From: a virus
DNA: 64,000 nucleotides
IMG/VR virus record: IMGVR_UViG_3300037826_000058
Location: 32,001 to 96,000 of that record
Direction: 5' to 3' (one strand)
Below are positions 8,913-17,649 of the stretch, piece by piece. Within the stretch, counting starts at the first letter, position 1. The number at the start of each line of letters is the position of its first letter. The notes under the pieces are model-generated. The model was not told where the DNA came from. It saw only the letters and a program-made list of their open reading frames with translations, and ran no database searches. Made by a program: the position numbers and the translations under genes.

Positions 8913-11783
8913 ATGAATGAAAAATCGTTACTGCAACAACGCTATCTTCAGCCTGGCGAGGAGACCTTCGCTGATCTGGCACGAAGGGTTGCTGACTGGG
9001 TTGAAATCAAAGAGGTCTATGAAGCCATAAAAAGCAAGTGTTTTATCCCCTCTCGGATGCCCTACATGGGCACCGAGTTTCCTTTTTCCAGTAGCTGTTT
9101 CGTCCTCGGCCCCATTGAGGACGATTTGGCGTCCATTATGAATACGCTGAGGGACGCGACGCTGGTGCAGAAGATGGGCGGGGGCTGTATTGGTGGTGAG
9201 AGTGTTGTTATCACCGACCAAGGCCCTATGCCAATAAAGCAGCTAGTAGCTAGGAAAGACCCTGATATTAAAGTTCTTTCCTACAACCCAGACAGCAAGA
9301 CCATGGAGTATTCCACGGTGACCAAGTGGCACACTGTGGACACAGAACCGAAACGAGTTTACAAAATTAACTTTTCTCATGGTAATGGGCATGGTGTTCA
9401 GGCTAGCATGACGGTTAGTGATTGGCACCCGTTCTTTGTTTTTGACGGTGAACAAGTGATACAGGTAAGGGCTGATGACTTAGAGCCTGGCATGGTTATT
9501 ATAGGTTCGTCAGAGTATCGTCATGAATATGACGAGTGGGGTTGGGCTTTGGGTTACATAGCTGGTGATGGTGCTATTGACTACAGCAAAAAGGAAAAAT
9601 ACCCAAGAGTTAGAATATGTGACGACAGTGAGGAGGCTGTTAGTCGTGTTGCCAAGATCATGGGGGTTCCATATTCTCGGTCTAAGGATAAACGATTTCA
9701 GGTTGATATGTGGGAGTGTGCTAGCTACTCCGATGTGGCGGGTAGGATTAGAGACAGTTTTGGAGGATACAAGACTTGTTACGATAAATGTATCCCCGAA
9801 GAAGTTTGGAGCAGCTCACCGTCATGTCGGTTTTCATTCATAGTGGGGCACCTAGATGCAGACGGATGGTATAATGAGGGAAAGAGCCGCTTCCAAGCCT
9901 CGACTGTGAGTAAGAAACTTGCCTTTGGTTTAATGGCCTTGGCTGGAAGCCTCGGCATACGCACCAAGGTCAGGTTTAGAGAATCACGCCATGAAAACGA
10001 ACAGCCCATTTGGGAAGTACGATATATGACCACTCAATCTTTCATTGAATCTGTAATGGACTGCAGTGCTAAGTACAATGACATAAAACCTCCGTGTCAG
10101 GTAATGGGGTCGCTACAATTATCAATGACGTGGCGAAAGGGTTTGTCAAGCAACGGAATAGAACTAGGTACTCAAGCATGGCGTGCTCGAACCCCACTGC
10201 TGGGCAGAGAGCAATCGCTTATAAACTGGCTACAAAACGGGATTGCCACAAGGGACGTTGCTGGTGATATAATTGAGGCTTGCAACGAGCCTGAGCTGGC
10301 TCAGTCTGTGCGAGCATGTCAAATTGTCCATTCTGTGGAGCAAGAAGATGGTGACATCTTGTACGACTTAACTGTTCCCAGCAATCAAACATATCTTGCA
10401 TCTCCTCCAGGTACAGGGGCTTTTGTAGTGGTACATAACACTGGATACAGCTTCTCTAGGTTACGTCCAGAGGGTGATCTTATCCGAAAGAGCGGTGGAG
10501 AGGCGTCCGGCCCAGTCTCCTTTATGAGACTCTACCACGAGGCGATGACCGTGGTGAAGCGGGCTGGCAAGAAGCACGCCGCTCAAATGGGAATACTCAA
10601 TGTATCTCACCCTGACATCGTGAAATTTGTCAGGTGCAAGGAAGAAGAGGGTCGCCTTAGCACTTTCAATATCAGCGTGGCGGTCTCCGATGATTTTATG
10701 GAAGCTGTTCGCAATGATAGTGATTGGGACTTAACCTTTGGCGGGAAAGTATATGATACCATCCCCGCCAAGGAGCTATATCATTTGATCGCAGAGCACG
10801 CCTGGAGGAACGGTGAGCCGGGTGTGATATTCATAGACGAGATCAATCGCCAGAATCCATTCCCCGTGCCTATTGAGGCATGCAATGCGTGCGGAGAAAA
10901 GCCTCTGCCGTATAATTGCAGTTGCAACCTTGCATCAATAAACTTGTCCAAGTTTGTTGATGATAATGGTATCATAGACTGGAATGGAATAGAGGAACAC
11001 ACCCGCTTGGGTGTAAGATTCCTTGACGTTGCCATTGATAGGGCGTGGTGGCCCCTTGAGGAAGTAGAAAGAAACACCAAGAAGTATCGTAACATCGGCC
11101 TAGGAGTGATGGGCTGGGCCGATATGCTCATCAAGATGAGAATCCCCTACGACAGCGACACCGCTGTCGCCTTGGCATCCGGCTTGATGGCTTTCATCAA
11201 TGACGTAGCCCACGATGAAAGTCAGGGGCGTAACACCACCTTAACATCAATCGCCCCGACGGGAAGCATATCCATGCTTGCCGGTTGCTCCCCATCGATA
11301 GAACCCCTGTTCGGGTTGGTCACAAACAAACAGACCAATCTAGGTCTATCCCAAGAGATACATTCTGAGTTTAAGAAGCGTGCCGAGGAATTGGGCATTG
11401 CATCGGAGGCTTTGTGGGCCGATGTATCAGCCCAGCAATCTGTCCAACATTTAGACATACCTCAGGGCGACAAGGAAATTTTCAAAACCGCAATGGAAAT
11501 TCCTTGGGAGAGGCACCTTATGATGCAAGCCGCTTTTCAAGAAAGCGTTGATTCGGCGGTCTCCAAGACGATCAACTTGGAAAACTCGGCTACAATCCAA
11601 GACGTAAAGGACGCCATTATGTTGGCCGAAGCACTGGGGTGCAAGTCCTTAACGCTTTACAGAGATGGTAGCCGTAGTGAGCAGGTATACGTGCGCACCT
11701 GCCCCGATTGTGAGGCTGAACTTGTGTCAGAGTCGGGGTGCTGGTCGTGCCCTGATTGTGGTTATTCGCTCTGCAGCTTGTAA
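8913..11783 (+). CDS. nrdJ: class II (AdoCbl-dependent) ribonucleotide reductase containing an intein
   Basis: SSCFVL, GGG|TG, SGPVSFM, GEPGVIF, NACGEKPL, CNLASINL, SIAPTGSISM, SAVSKTIN, YRDGSR, C-terminal Cys cluster; no nrdB nearby. Confidence 0.9.
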   Translation: MNEKSLLQQRYLQPGEETFADLARRVADWVEIKEVYEAIKSKCFIPSRMPYMGTEFPFSSSCFVLGPIEDDLASIMNTLRDATLVQKMGGGCIGGESVVITDQGPMPIKQLVARKDPDIKVLSYNPDSKTMEYSTVTKWHTVDTEPKRVYKINFSHGNGHGVQASMTVSDWHPFFVFDGEQVIQVRADDLEPGMVIIGSSEYRHEYDEWGWALGYIAGDGAIDYSKKEKYPRVRICDDSEEAVSRVAKIMGVPYSRSKDKRFQVDMWECASYSDVAGRIRDSFGGYKTCYDKCIPEEVWSSSPSCRFSFIVGHLDADGWYNEGKSRFQASTVSKKLAFGLMALAGSLGIRTKVRFRESRHENEQPIWEVRYMTTQSFIESVMDCSAKYNDIKPPCQVMGSLQLSMTWRKGLSSNGIELGTQAWRARTPLLGREQSLINWLQNGIATRDVAGDIIEACNEPELAQSVRACQIVHSVEQEDGDILYDLTVPSNQTYLASPPGTGAFVVVHNTGYSFSRLRPEGDLIRKSGGEASGPVSFMRLYHEAMTVVKRAGKKHAAQMGILNVSHPDIVKFVRCKEEEGRLSTFNISVAVSDDFMEAVRNDSDWDLTFGGKVYDTIPAKELYHLIAEHAWRNGEPGVIFIDEINRQNPFPVPIEACNACGEKPLPYNCSCNLASINLSKFVDDNGIIDWNGIEEHTRLGVRFLDVAIDRAWWPLEEVERNTKKYRNIGLGVMGWADMLIKMRIPYDSDTAVALASGLMAFINDVAHDESQGRNTTLTSIAPTGSISMLAGCSPSIEPLFGLVTNKQTNLGLSQEIHSEFKKRAEELGIASEALWADVSAQQSVQHLDIPQGDKEIFKTAMEIPWERHLMMQAAFQESVDSAVSKTINLENSATIQDVKDAIMLAEALGCKSLTLYRDGSRSEQVYVRTCPDCEAELVSESGCWSCPDCGYSLCSL
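9186..10439 (+). mobile_element. intein with LAGLIDADG homing endonuclease (418 aa)
   Basis: Starts CIGGESVV, block B SDWHPF, ends VVVHN followed by Thr; LAGLIDADG-like ALGYIAGDG and IVGHLDADG. Confidence 0.92.
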
Positions 11784-11795
11784 CATCATGTTACA
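11779..11795. promoter_or_regulatory. 17-bp palindrome copy 2
   Basis: TGTAACATCATGTTACA overlapping the nrdJ stop codon. Confidence 0.6.
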
Positions 11796-11806
11796 ACGGG
11801 AAGGGG

Positions 11807-12274
11807 ATGGATAAGATAGACGAAAGGTACGTGTCTCAGCTTCCTTTGATTGAAATGGATTTGGAAGAACCAGAACCAAAGGAAGAAGAGAGGGTTGTTA
11901 GCCCTGTCCACAGTCTGGCGGCGTGGTTCTGGGCTAATATCTTAGAGCGCGAGGAAGACCCGTGGACGTGTATGGGTACGTTCAAGCGCTATCTTAAAGA
12001 AGCGTCAATGGTGTTGAAGCAATACAATCTTGACCCTGAAATCGTCAAGGTTGCTCTCAGAATGATGAAGTCCAAGGGTTTAGAGGTAAGGTCGATTCAC
12101 CTTCCGATAAACTGGTCTGTTACCACGAACGGGCCATCGTGGTATGACAAGGCTAGGCAATGGTACGAGAACGGCCCCCCGATCTATCAGCGGCACGACT
12201 TCAAGGTCTGGTGCAAGATGACAGATCGGATGGATTTGTGGGAGGAGGTGCATGGCAGACAAGACGCTTCTTGA
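11807..12274 (+). CDS. hypothetical protein, possible replication initiator or helicase partner
   Basis: GGGAAGGGG RBS before ATG; directly upstream of helicase. Confidence 0.6.
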   Translation: MDKIDERYVSQLPLIEMDLEEPEPKEEERVVSPVHSLAAWFWANILEREEDPWTCMGTFKRYLKEASMVLKQYNLDPEIVKVALRMMKSKGLEVRSIHLPINWSVTTNGPSWYDKARQWYENGPPIYQRHDFKVWCKMTDRMDLWEEVHGRQDAS

Positions 12275-13691
12275 ATCCCAACAAGTCATCGTTAGAGCAA
12301 TCATTGATGACTTGTCAAGTGGGCATGACAAGATAATCCAACGCCTGACAGATGACGTAGGGTTATCGGCTGACGTGATGCCCAACCATCATCTGAGCAC
12401 GTTTTATCGTGCCGCGCAACGTGTGTGGCTCGACAGTATAGGTGGTGACGCATCCTACACGATACCCAACGTGCTCACAGAGGTAGAGCAGGTCTATCGG
12501 CACAATGGGTATGCCAAGGAAGCCGAGTCCTTGGTGCAAGGATGGCGTGCTAAGATGGGGAGTGTTGACATTGGTGGTGATCCCGTGAAGCACGCCAAAA
12601 TCCTCAAGGATGCCAAAGCCAGAGAGAAGGCCAAACAAATTCTAAAAAAATACCAACCTAAAATCCACGAAAGTCGAAACATTGATCTCGTAGTGGCTGA
12701 TTTGATTGAGTCGCTACGGGGGTTATCTTCTGAGAGGGGGCACGCCATGACCCTCGATGAGGTTATTGAACAGGAGAGGGCTGGACACTCTGCTCCTCAG
12801 TCCTGTGGGTATAAGCGCCTAGATGGCAAGGGCATAACTGGCCCATTGGCTGTCAAGGGTTACCCTTCTGGGGGTTGGACTGCGGGCAGGCTAGTGACCT
12901 GCGTCGGTGCTCCTGGTGTGGGTAAGTCTAGCCTGGGGGCAAACTTTGTTGCCCGAAGGACAGAGATGGGAAAGCCCAGTGTTGTCCATTCGTTCGAGTT
13001 GGATAAAGCCTCTATCTACCGAACGATTATTTGCTCCATGTCGGGGTGTACTCCCAATCAGGCCTTTAGCCCAACTGATGATTTGGACAAAGAGATTGGG
13101 GCTGCTGTGGAGTGGTCAAGGGAAGTCATACGTGAGTTAGTTGTGGTCTATGACGAGCCTACTAACATTGCGGGCTTGAAGCGGCGGTTTCAAAGGCACC
13201 AGACGGGCTTCTCAGGTGAGTTAGTTCTGCATGTGGTAGACCACCTGGGGGCCTTTGCTGGGCGTCAATCCGGTAGGATTTGGGAACAGTTCATCACGCT
13301 AGGGCGAGTCTTCAAAGAGGACTTAGCGTCAGCTCATGACGCGGCTGTTTTCCTTTTGGCTCATGGTTCCCCGAAAATGGAAAACGAGTTCAGGGAAAAC
13401 AATCGTGTCAGTGGTAATACAGTGGACGCCTACGGCGGACAGGCTATCCGACAGTGGTCGGACGTACTGTTTGCTGTAGGGCGTCACAACGGTGACACAG
13501 AGTTTGGTAAAGACCCAAACCTTGCTACCGCGACGGTGATTCAAGGAATCAAAAACCGTCAAGGTAAAGGGCATGATGATACGTGGGTAGTCTTCGACTA
13601 TGACCCACGAAGTGATTATCTCAGCAACAAGGTTCTTGCTGATGACCATGCTGAGTTATTCGAGGAGAGACCCGATGACCCGGCTTTCTGA
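12252..13691 (+). CDS. dnaB: DnaB-like replicative helicase (divergent)
   Basis: GAPGVGKS Walker A, SFEL, VVDHL, IRQWSDVL, IKNRQG arginine finger. Confidence 0.75.
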   Translation: MADKTLLESQQVIVRAIIDDLSSGHDKIIQRLTDDVGLSADVMPNHHLSTFYRAAQRVWLDSIGGDASYTIPNVLTEVEQVYRHNGYAKEAESLVQGWRAKMGSVDIGGDPVKHAKILKDAKAREKAKQILKKYQPKIHESRNIDLVVADLIESLRGLSSERGHAMTLDEVIEQERAGHSAPQSCGYKRLDGKGITGPLAVKGYPSGGWTAGRLVTCVGAPGVGKSSLGANFVARRTEMGKPSVVHSFELDKASIYRTIICSMSGCTPNQAFSPTDDLDKEIGAAVEWSREVIRELVVVYDEPTNIAGLKRRFQRHQTGFSGELVLHVVDHLGAFAGRQSGRIWEQFITLGRVFKEDLASAHDAAVFLLAHGSPKMENEFRENNRVSGNTVDAYGGQAIRQWSDVLFAVGRHNGDTEFGKDPNLATATVIQGIKNRQGKGHDDTWVVFDYDPRSDYLSNKVLADDHAELFEERPDDPAF

Positions 13692-14154
13692 TCTGGAATA
13701 CGAAATAGAAAACCTACGTGCTGGTTTTGCAAACCTTCAGGACGAATGTCGCGATAACAATGAATACCCCCCCTTTTGTCGTGTAAGGCAGGCCAATGCT
13801 GTGAAGGCCCATCGTGCCTACATGAAGAGCGCGGCTAAGGTTGCTGATGATTGGGAAGAGAAAAAAGAAACCCCCTGTCGCTGTGGAGGCGACCATAATC
13901 TCATTCGTTTTCAGGGGGATGGGGTATGGTACAGTATATGCCCCATCAAATATTACATACTGAGGTGTTGGAAAGCCGTTCATAGAAACATGCCAGTGCC
14001 ATCCAGAGAAGAAATCCTTGGCAATATTATTAGTGATGAAAACGAGAAGGGGCAATGCCAAGTGTGCAAAGGGATGGGATACGTCAGACGAGATGTAGCA
14101 AGAGACGATGAAGACTTTGGTAAGTTGCACAAATGTTCCTCTTGTGCAAAATAA
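13675..14154 (+). CDS. Zn-binding protein resembling DnaC/IstB N-terminal region
   Basis: CQVCKGMGYV...DFGKLHKCSSC motif; GAGGAG RBS. Confidence 0.5.
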   Translation: MTRLSDLEYEIENLRAGFANLQDECRDNNEYPPFCRVRQANAVKAHRAYMKSAAKVADDWEEKKETPCRCGGDHNLIRFQGDGVWYSICPIKYYILRCWKAVHRNMPVPSREEILGNIISDENEKGQCQVCKGMGYVRRDVARDDEDFGKLHKCSSCAK

Positions 14155-14181
14155 TTAACTGCACGGTATTGAATTTTACGA

Positions 14182-14332
14182 ACCCCATATATGGGGTCAG
14201 GGCTTTCGACACCCCCATATGTGGGTTGCGAAGGAGTAATTAGATTGCAAATAAGTATGCTGTAATCTCAGTGCTGTTTTATACCCCCATATATGGGGGT
14301 ATAACAGGGTCGATACCCCTACATATAGGGGT
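14182..14332. repeat. four palindromic NrdR-box-like sites in two pairs
   Basis: ACCCCATATATGGGGT (14182), CCCCCATATGTGGGTT (14212), CCCCCATATATGGGGG (14284), CCCCTACATATAGGGG (14316); centre spacing 30 and 32 bp. Confidence 0.7.
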
Positions 14333-14409
14333 TTAGGTCAAGTCTGTACTACGACGTAGTACAACCCGCGTTGTGAGAGAGACCTTCTGGTGGCTCCACT
14401 TGGTTTGAT

Positions 14410-14438
14410 TTGCAAGTTTGATGTTGTTATGATATAAT
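14410..14438 (+). promoter_or_regulatory. sigma70-type promoter
   Basis: TTGCAA-17nt-TATAAT with TG extension; TAAGGAG RBS downstream. Confidence 0.75.
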
Positions 14439-14470
14439 GCATCTATCGCTAGATAAGTAAGGAGAAAAAA

Positions 14471-15604
14471 ATGAGTGATGAAAAAACGTTAGACTGGTTG
14501 CCTGCGGTGACGGGGGTTCTTCGGGAAGACATGCCCGAAGAAGCCTTAAGCTCGGACACGTCTCGCGGGTTTGAGCTGACAAGCATTAAGGCGGCGTTCG
14601 TCATTGAACGCCTCAATGAGTCTTTCGGGCTGGCAGGTTATGGCTGGCGGTATGTTCACTGTCCCGCCAAGGTCACGGATGGTGGAGAGCTTATCATTCA
14701 AGTGGCATTGCAGTACCGCGTCGGTCAAGAGGTAGGTATTTGGCCGATATTTTGGAATAGACCGCAGAGTCAGTGGGAATATGTCGAATCTGGGGCAGCA
14801 GTTTGGAGCGAACCAATTTTTGCCTTTGGTGGAAAGAAGCCCAGGGGTGGCGGTTCCCCGCAGGCTGATGCCCACAAATCGGCCCTGACGGACGCCCTGA
14901 CGAAGGCCGCCAGCATGCTGGGTGTAGGGCACAAGATATTTAAGGGGCAGGTCAGGTTGGGGTCAGGGGCTTCGTCACGTCATGAAGCACCTGTAGAAAA
15001 CATCGATGACCCCGGCAAGGTCAAGATTCCTTTTGGGAAGCATAAAGGGAAAACCCTAGCCCAGGTATGGGGTGAAGATGAGCAATACTTTGAATGGCTG
15101 GCTGGGGAAGCGGAAATCCGAGACCCCAAAGTGAGAAAGGCGGTGGAGCTATTCAGTGCCCCGGCCCCGGTTAAGAAAAGCGAGAAGAAGACCAATACAC
15201 CCCCCCTGACCAGCGAGGAATTGCAACAGGCACAAACTGCCGAATTCATGCTGACCGCCCGGCAGGCGGCAGACAGAGGGATTAAGGTGGGTAAATACGT
15301 AAAGCACATACTTAATCTTCTCTTGGAGGCGGGCTATGAGAATGAACACCACCGAAAGAATCTGCGTGAACAGGTCTTCGGTGAGACTGACATGAAGAAA
15401 TGGCATATGGGGTGGTTCCAGTTGTTGGAACAATATGCTCTTCATGTTAGGAATGAATTGAAGGAGGGGGGAGAACCCCATGAAGTGAAGGAAGAGGGCA
15501 AAACCATCGTGGCAATTGGGGTGACAAAACAGATTTCGTGGTGGGATGCCCTAGAGATTTACCAAGACAATGAAAGACAAGAAACTAACGAAATACCTAT
15601 CTGA
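14471..15604 (+). CDS. Rad52/Sak-like single-strand annealing protein
   Basis: VIERLNESFG..GW, DAHKSALTDALTKAASMLGVG; IPFGKHKGKTL motif. Confidence 0.8.
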   Translation: MSDEKTLDWLPAVTGVLREDMPEEALSSDTSRGFELTSIKAAFVIERLNESFGLAGYGWRYVHCPAKVTDGGELIIQVALQYRVGQEVGIWPIFWNRPQSQWEYVESGAAVWSEPIFAFGGKKPRGGGSPQADAHKSALTDALTKAASMLGVGHKIFKGQVRLGSGASSRHEAPVENIDDPGKVKIPFGKHKGKTLAQVWGEDEQYFEWLAGEAEIRDPKVRKAVELFSAPAPVKKSEKKTNTPPLTSEELQQAQTAEFMLTARQAADRGIKVGKYVKHILNLLLEAGYENEHHRKNLREQVFGETDMKKWHMGWFQLLEQYALHVRNELKEGGEPHEVKEEGKTIVAIGVTKQISWWDALEIYQDNERQETNEIPI

Positions 15605-16511
15605 GAAAGGTCACAAGGCAAATGCATTGGTAGCCGATTGGCATGCTCCGTATCCTCAATCTAATATCGACGTGAACCTAAACAGCTTTGCCCAAGCGTG
15701 TCGATACATGAAAGAGAAAAAGATGGAGGCCCAGTTCTGGTTCTCTCATCTAATTCTGTCTCAACAATGGAAAGAAGCCAAGATATGGTATAATCACGTC
15801 CTAGACGAAGAGTACGAAGAAGAGGGCGCGATACCAGAACACGTGAAGGTAACGACATCTTTGCGCCAAAGATGGACTTCGCAGGAACAGTTCATCAAAT
15901 GGTGCGAGAATAATATTCCTGGGTTTAAGCGCTCTACATTTTGGAGGAGGCACGTCCACATTGACAAGTTCATAGAGCTGGGGATGAGCTTGCCAACCGC
16001 CACGAAAATCGTGGCTGGGCTGTCAGTATGGTCGGCTTCCGAACAAATCCAGAGAATATTTCAATACACCGATGAGCACGTCGTGGTAGGGGTAGACTCA
16101 GAGAAAGCTAACCGTCTTCCTGGGCTAGAGGACAATCCCATCGAAGAAGACGAAGACCCTGATGAGGCACTAGAAAGAGCGAAAGAAGCAGCGATAGAAT
16201 ATGCAATAGAGAAATCTATCGCAGTGGAAGAGGGTGAGCACGCTAGGAACATAGCAACAGAAGTGAAACGAAAAATTCACCGTCGCCCTCAAATTGCTAT
16301 ATTTCGGTCAGAGCTACCCGAATTCCATTACATTGTAGAGCTGACAACATACGATGATGACAACGACAACGGATATGGGGATGGGGAGGTGGAACATTTT
16401 GCCATCCTGTTGACGAAAATGGATGGCACTGTTTTAGGGAAAATACCGGATAGGCTCGAAGTGCTAGAAAATCGCCTAAGGGTAAGAAAACCGCCTGGCA
16501 TAAAAAGCTAG
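15570..16511 (+). CDS. hypothetical protein (313 aa)
   Basis: Long ORF overlapping upstream gene, ends at terminator. Confidence 0.75.
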   Translation: MKDKKLTKYLSEKGHKANALVADWHAPYPQSNIDVNLNSFAQACRYMKEKKMEAQFWFSHLILSQQWKEAKIWYNHVLDEEYEEEGAIPEHVKVTTSLRQRWTSQEQFIKWCENNIPGFKRSTFWRRHVHIDKFIELGMSLPTATKIVAGLSVWSASEQIQRIFQYTDEHVVVGVDSEKANRLPGLEDNPIEEDEDPDEALERAKEAAIEYAIEKSIAVEEGEHARNIATEVKRKIHRRPQIAIFRSELPEFHYIVELTTYDDDNDNGYGDGEVEHFAILLTKMDGTVLGKIPDRLEVLENRLRVRKPPGIKS

Positions 16512-16520
16512 TAGAAACAC

Positions 16521-16555
16521 AAAAGCGCGGCTCGTTTAATCAAGCCGCGCTTTTT
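16521..16555. terminator. bidirectional terminator between convergent operons
   Basis: AAAAGCGCGGCT...AGCCGCGCTTTTT. Confidence 0.85.
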
Positions 16556-16570
16556 GCATGTCACTGCTGT

Positions 16571-16858
16571 TTATTGCTTGCGTACAAGATTTGCTACAAC
16601 TTCATCACGGCCCACGGAGAACCAACCTGGGATAGCCGTAGCATACGATAAAACCCTCACGATCATTGTCACAATCTCTGTGGCTTGATTGCTTAGGTAT
16701 CCGGCACCCAGCACTTCTGCCGTTGCCAAGAGAACCGTTCCAACCAGAAGCGCAATTCCCATTGTTACCTTGGAATCAGGCTCCCAAAACAGCTTTATTG
16801 TTTGCACGATCCCAACGACTAGAGCAGCGACCTCTACAGTTCCAATTGTAATATCCAT
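16571..16858 (-). CDS. putative holin
   Basis: 95 aa, 2-3 TM segments, basic C-terminus, last gene of lysis cluster. Confidence 0.65.
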   Translation of the reverse strand: MDITIGTVEVAALVVGIVQTIKLFWEPDSKVTMGIALLVGTVLLATAEVLGAGYLSNQATEIVTMIVRVLSYATAIPGWFSVGRDEVVANLVRKQ

Positions 16859-17631
16859 CAGAACCCCCTATCCCGAATCACCTTCGGGATTTCGTTTAAC
16901 GCCCCACTTTCCCCTCGCCATGTTTCAAATTTATGTTCTTCCAATGGTGACGAGATGCAAAACGAGAGAGCGGCAAATACATTCTCTCGGTTGTTCAGCT
17001 CTCTATAGAATTCCAGATACTCACTTGCTTTATCTTCTTTACTCACGATTGCCGATGAGTTTGAGAAGATAACTATTACCGGTATATCAAAGTGAGCTAG
17101 ATAGGAATCTATTCTAAAAATCGCCTGACGCATACCACCACGCTGACTCCAGTGAGCGCGTAGTTGGTAGTAATCGGCTGTATCCTGTGCTTTGTAGATA
17201 GCCTCCGAATGCAGCTTCCACACCTCGTTTATCTTCTTGGCGCTACCGAACAGGCTATTATCTTGCCTGCCATACCAGAAAGGCGGTAAGATAAACTTGG
17301 CTTCTGGGAAGTGCTTTTTCATCTGAGACACAATACCTGCCCACCACGCCCCGTATTGCTTCCCATCCCACCACCACTCTCTGTATCCTCCTCCTAGAGA
17401 GTTGGGACATTGATGTATCACGAAATAGCGAAAGCCCTTGTCATACGCATCCGCTACTCGCAATGCACATTTATCGTCCGCCTCAGGGTGGTAAATCAAG
17501 CGTGTATCTGACAGAGTAGGATTATATGATGTTTGCACTATGTCCAGGTGAGCAAAGGTTATAACGTCTTTGTCTAGATCATTGAGTGGCTCAGACTGTC
17601 TCCCCATCGCTCCCACTAGCATGTTTACCAT
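16858..17631 (-). CDS. glycoside-hydrolase-like (TIM-barrel) protein
   Basis: Pattern resembles the GH-like domains of the upstream 1108-aa protein; lysis position. Confidence 0.45.
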   Translation of the reverse strand: MVNMLVGAMGRQSEPLNDLDKDVITFAHLDIVQTSYNPTLSDTRLIYHPEADDKCALRVADAYDKGFRYFVIHQCPNSLGGGYREWWWDGKQYGAWWAGIVSQMKKHFPEAKFILPPFWYGRQDNSLFGSAKKINEVWKLHSEAIYKAQDTADYYQLRAHWSQRGGMRQAIFRIDSYLAHFDIPVIVIFSNSSAIVSKEDKASEYLEFYRELNNRENVFAALSFCISSPLEEHKFETWRGESGALNEIPKVIRDRGF

Positions 17632-17649
17632 TATACCTTTTTCGACACG

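Noticed and set aside
14182-14332. Possible CRISPR mini-array
   Set aside because: Repeats are ~16-bp palindromes with irregular gaps (~14, ~56, ~16 bp), and no cas genes are present.
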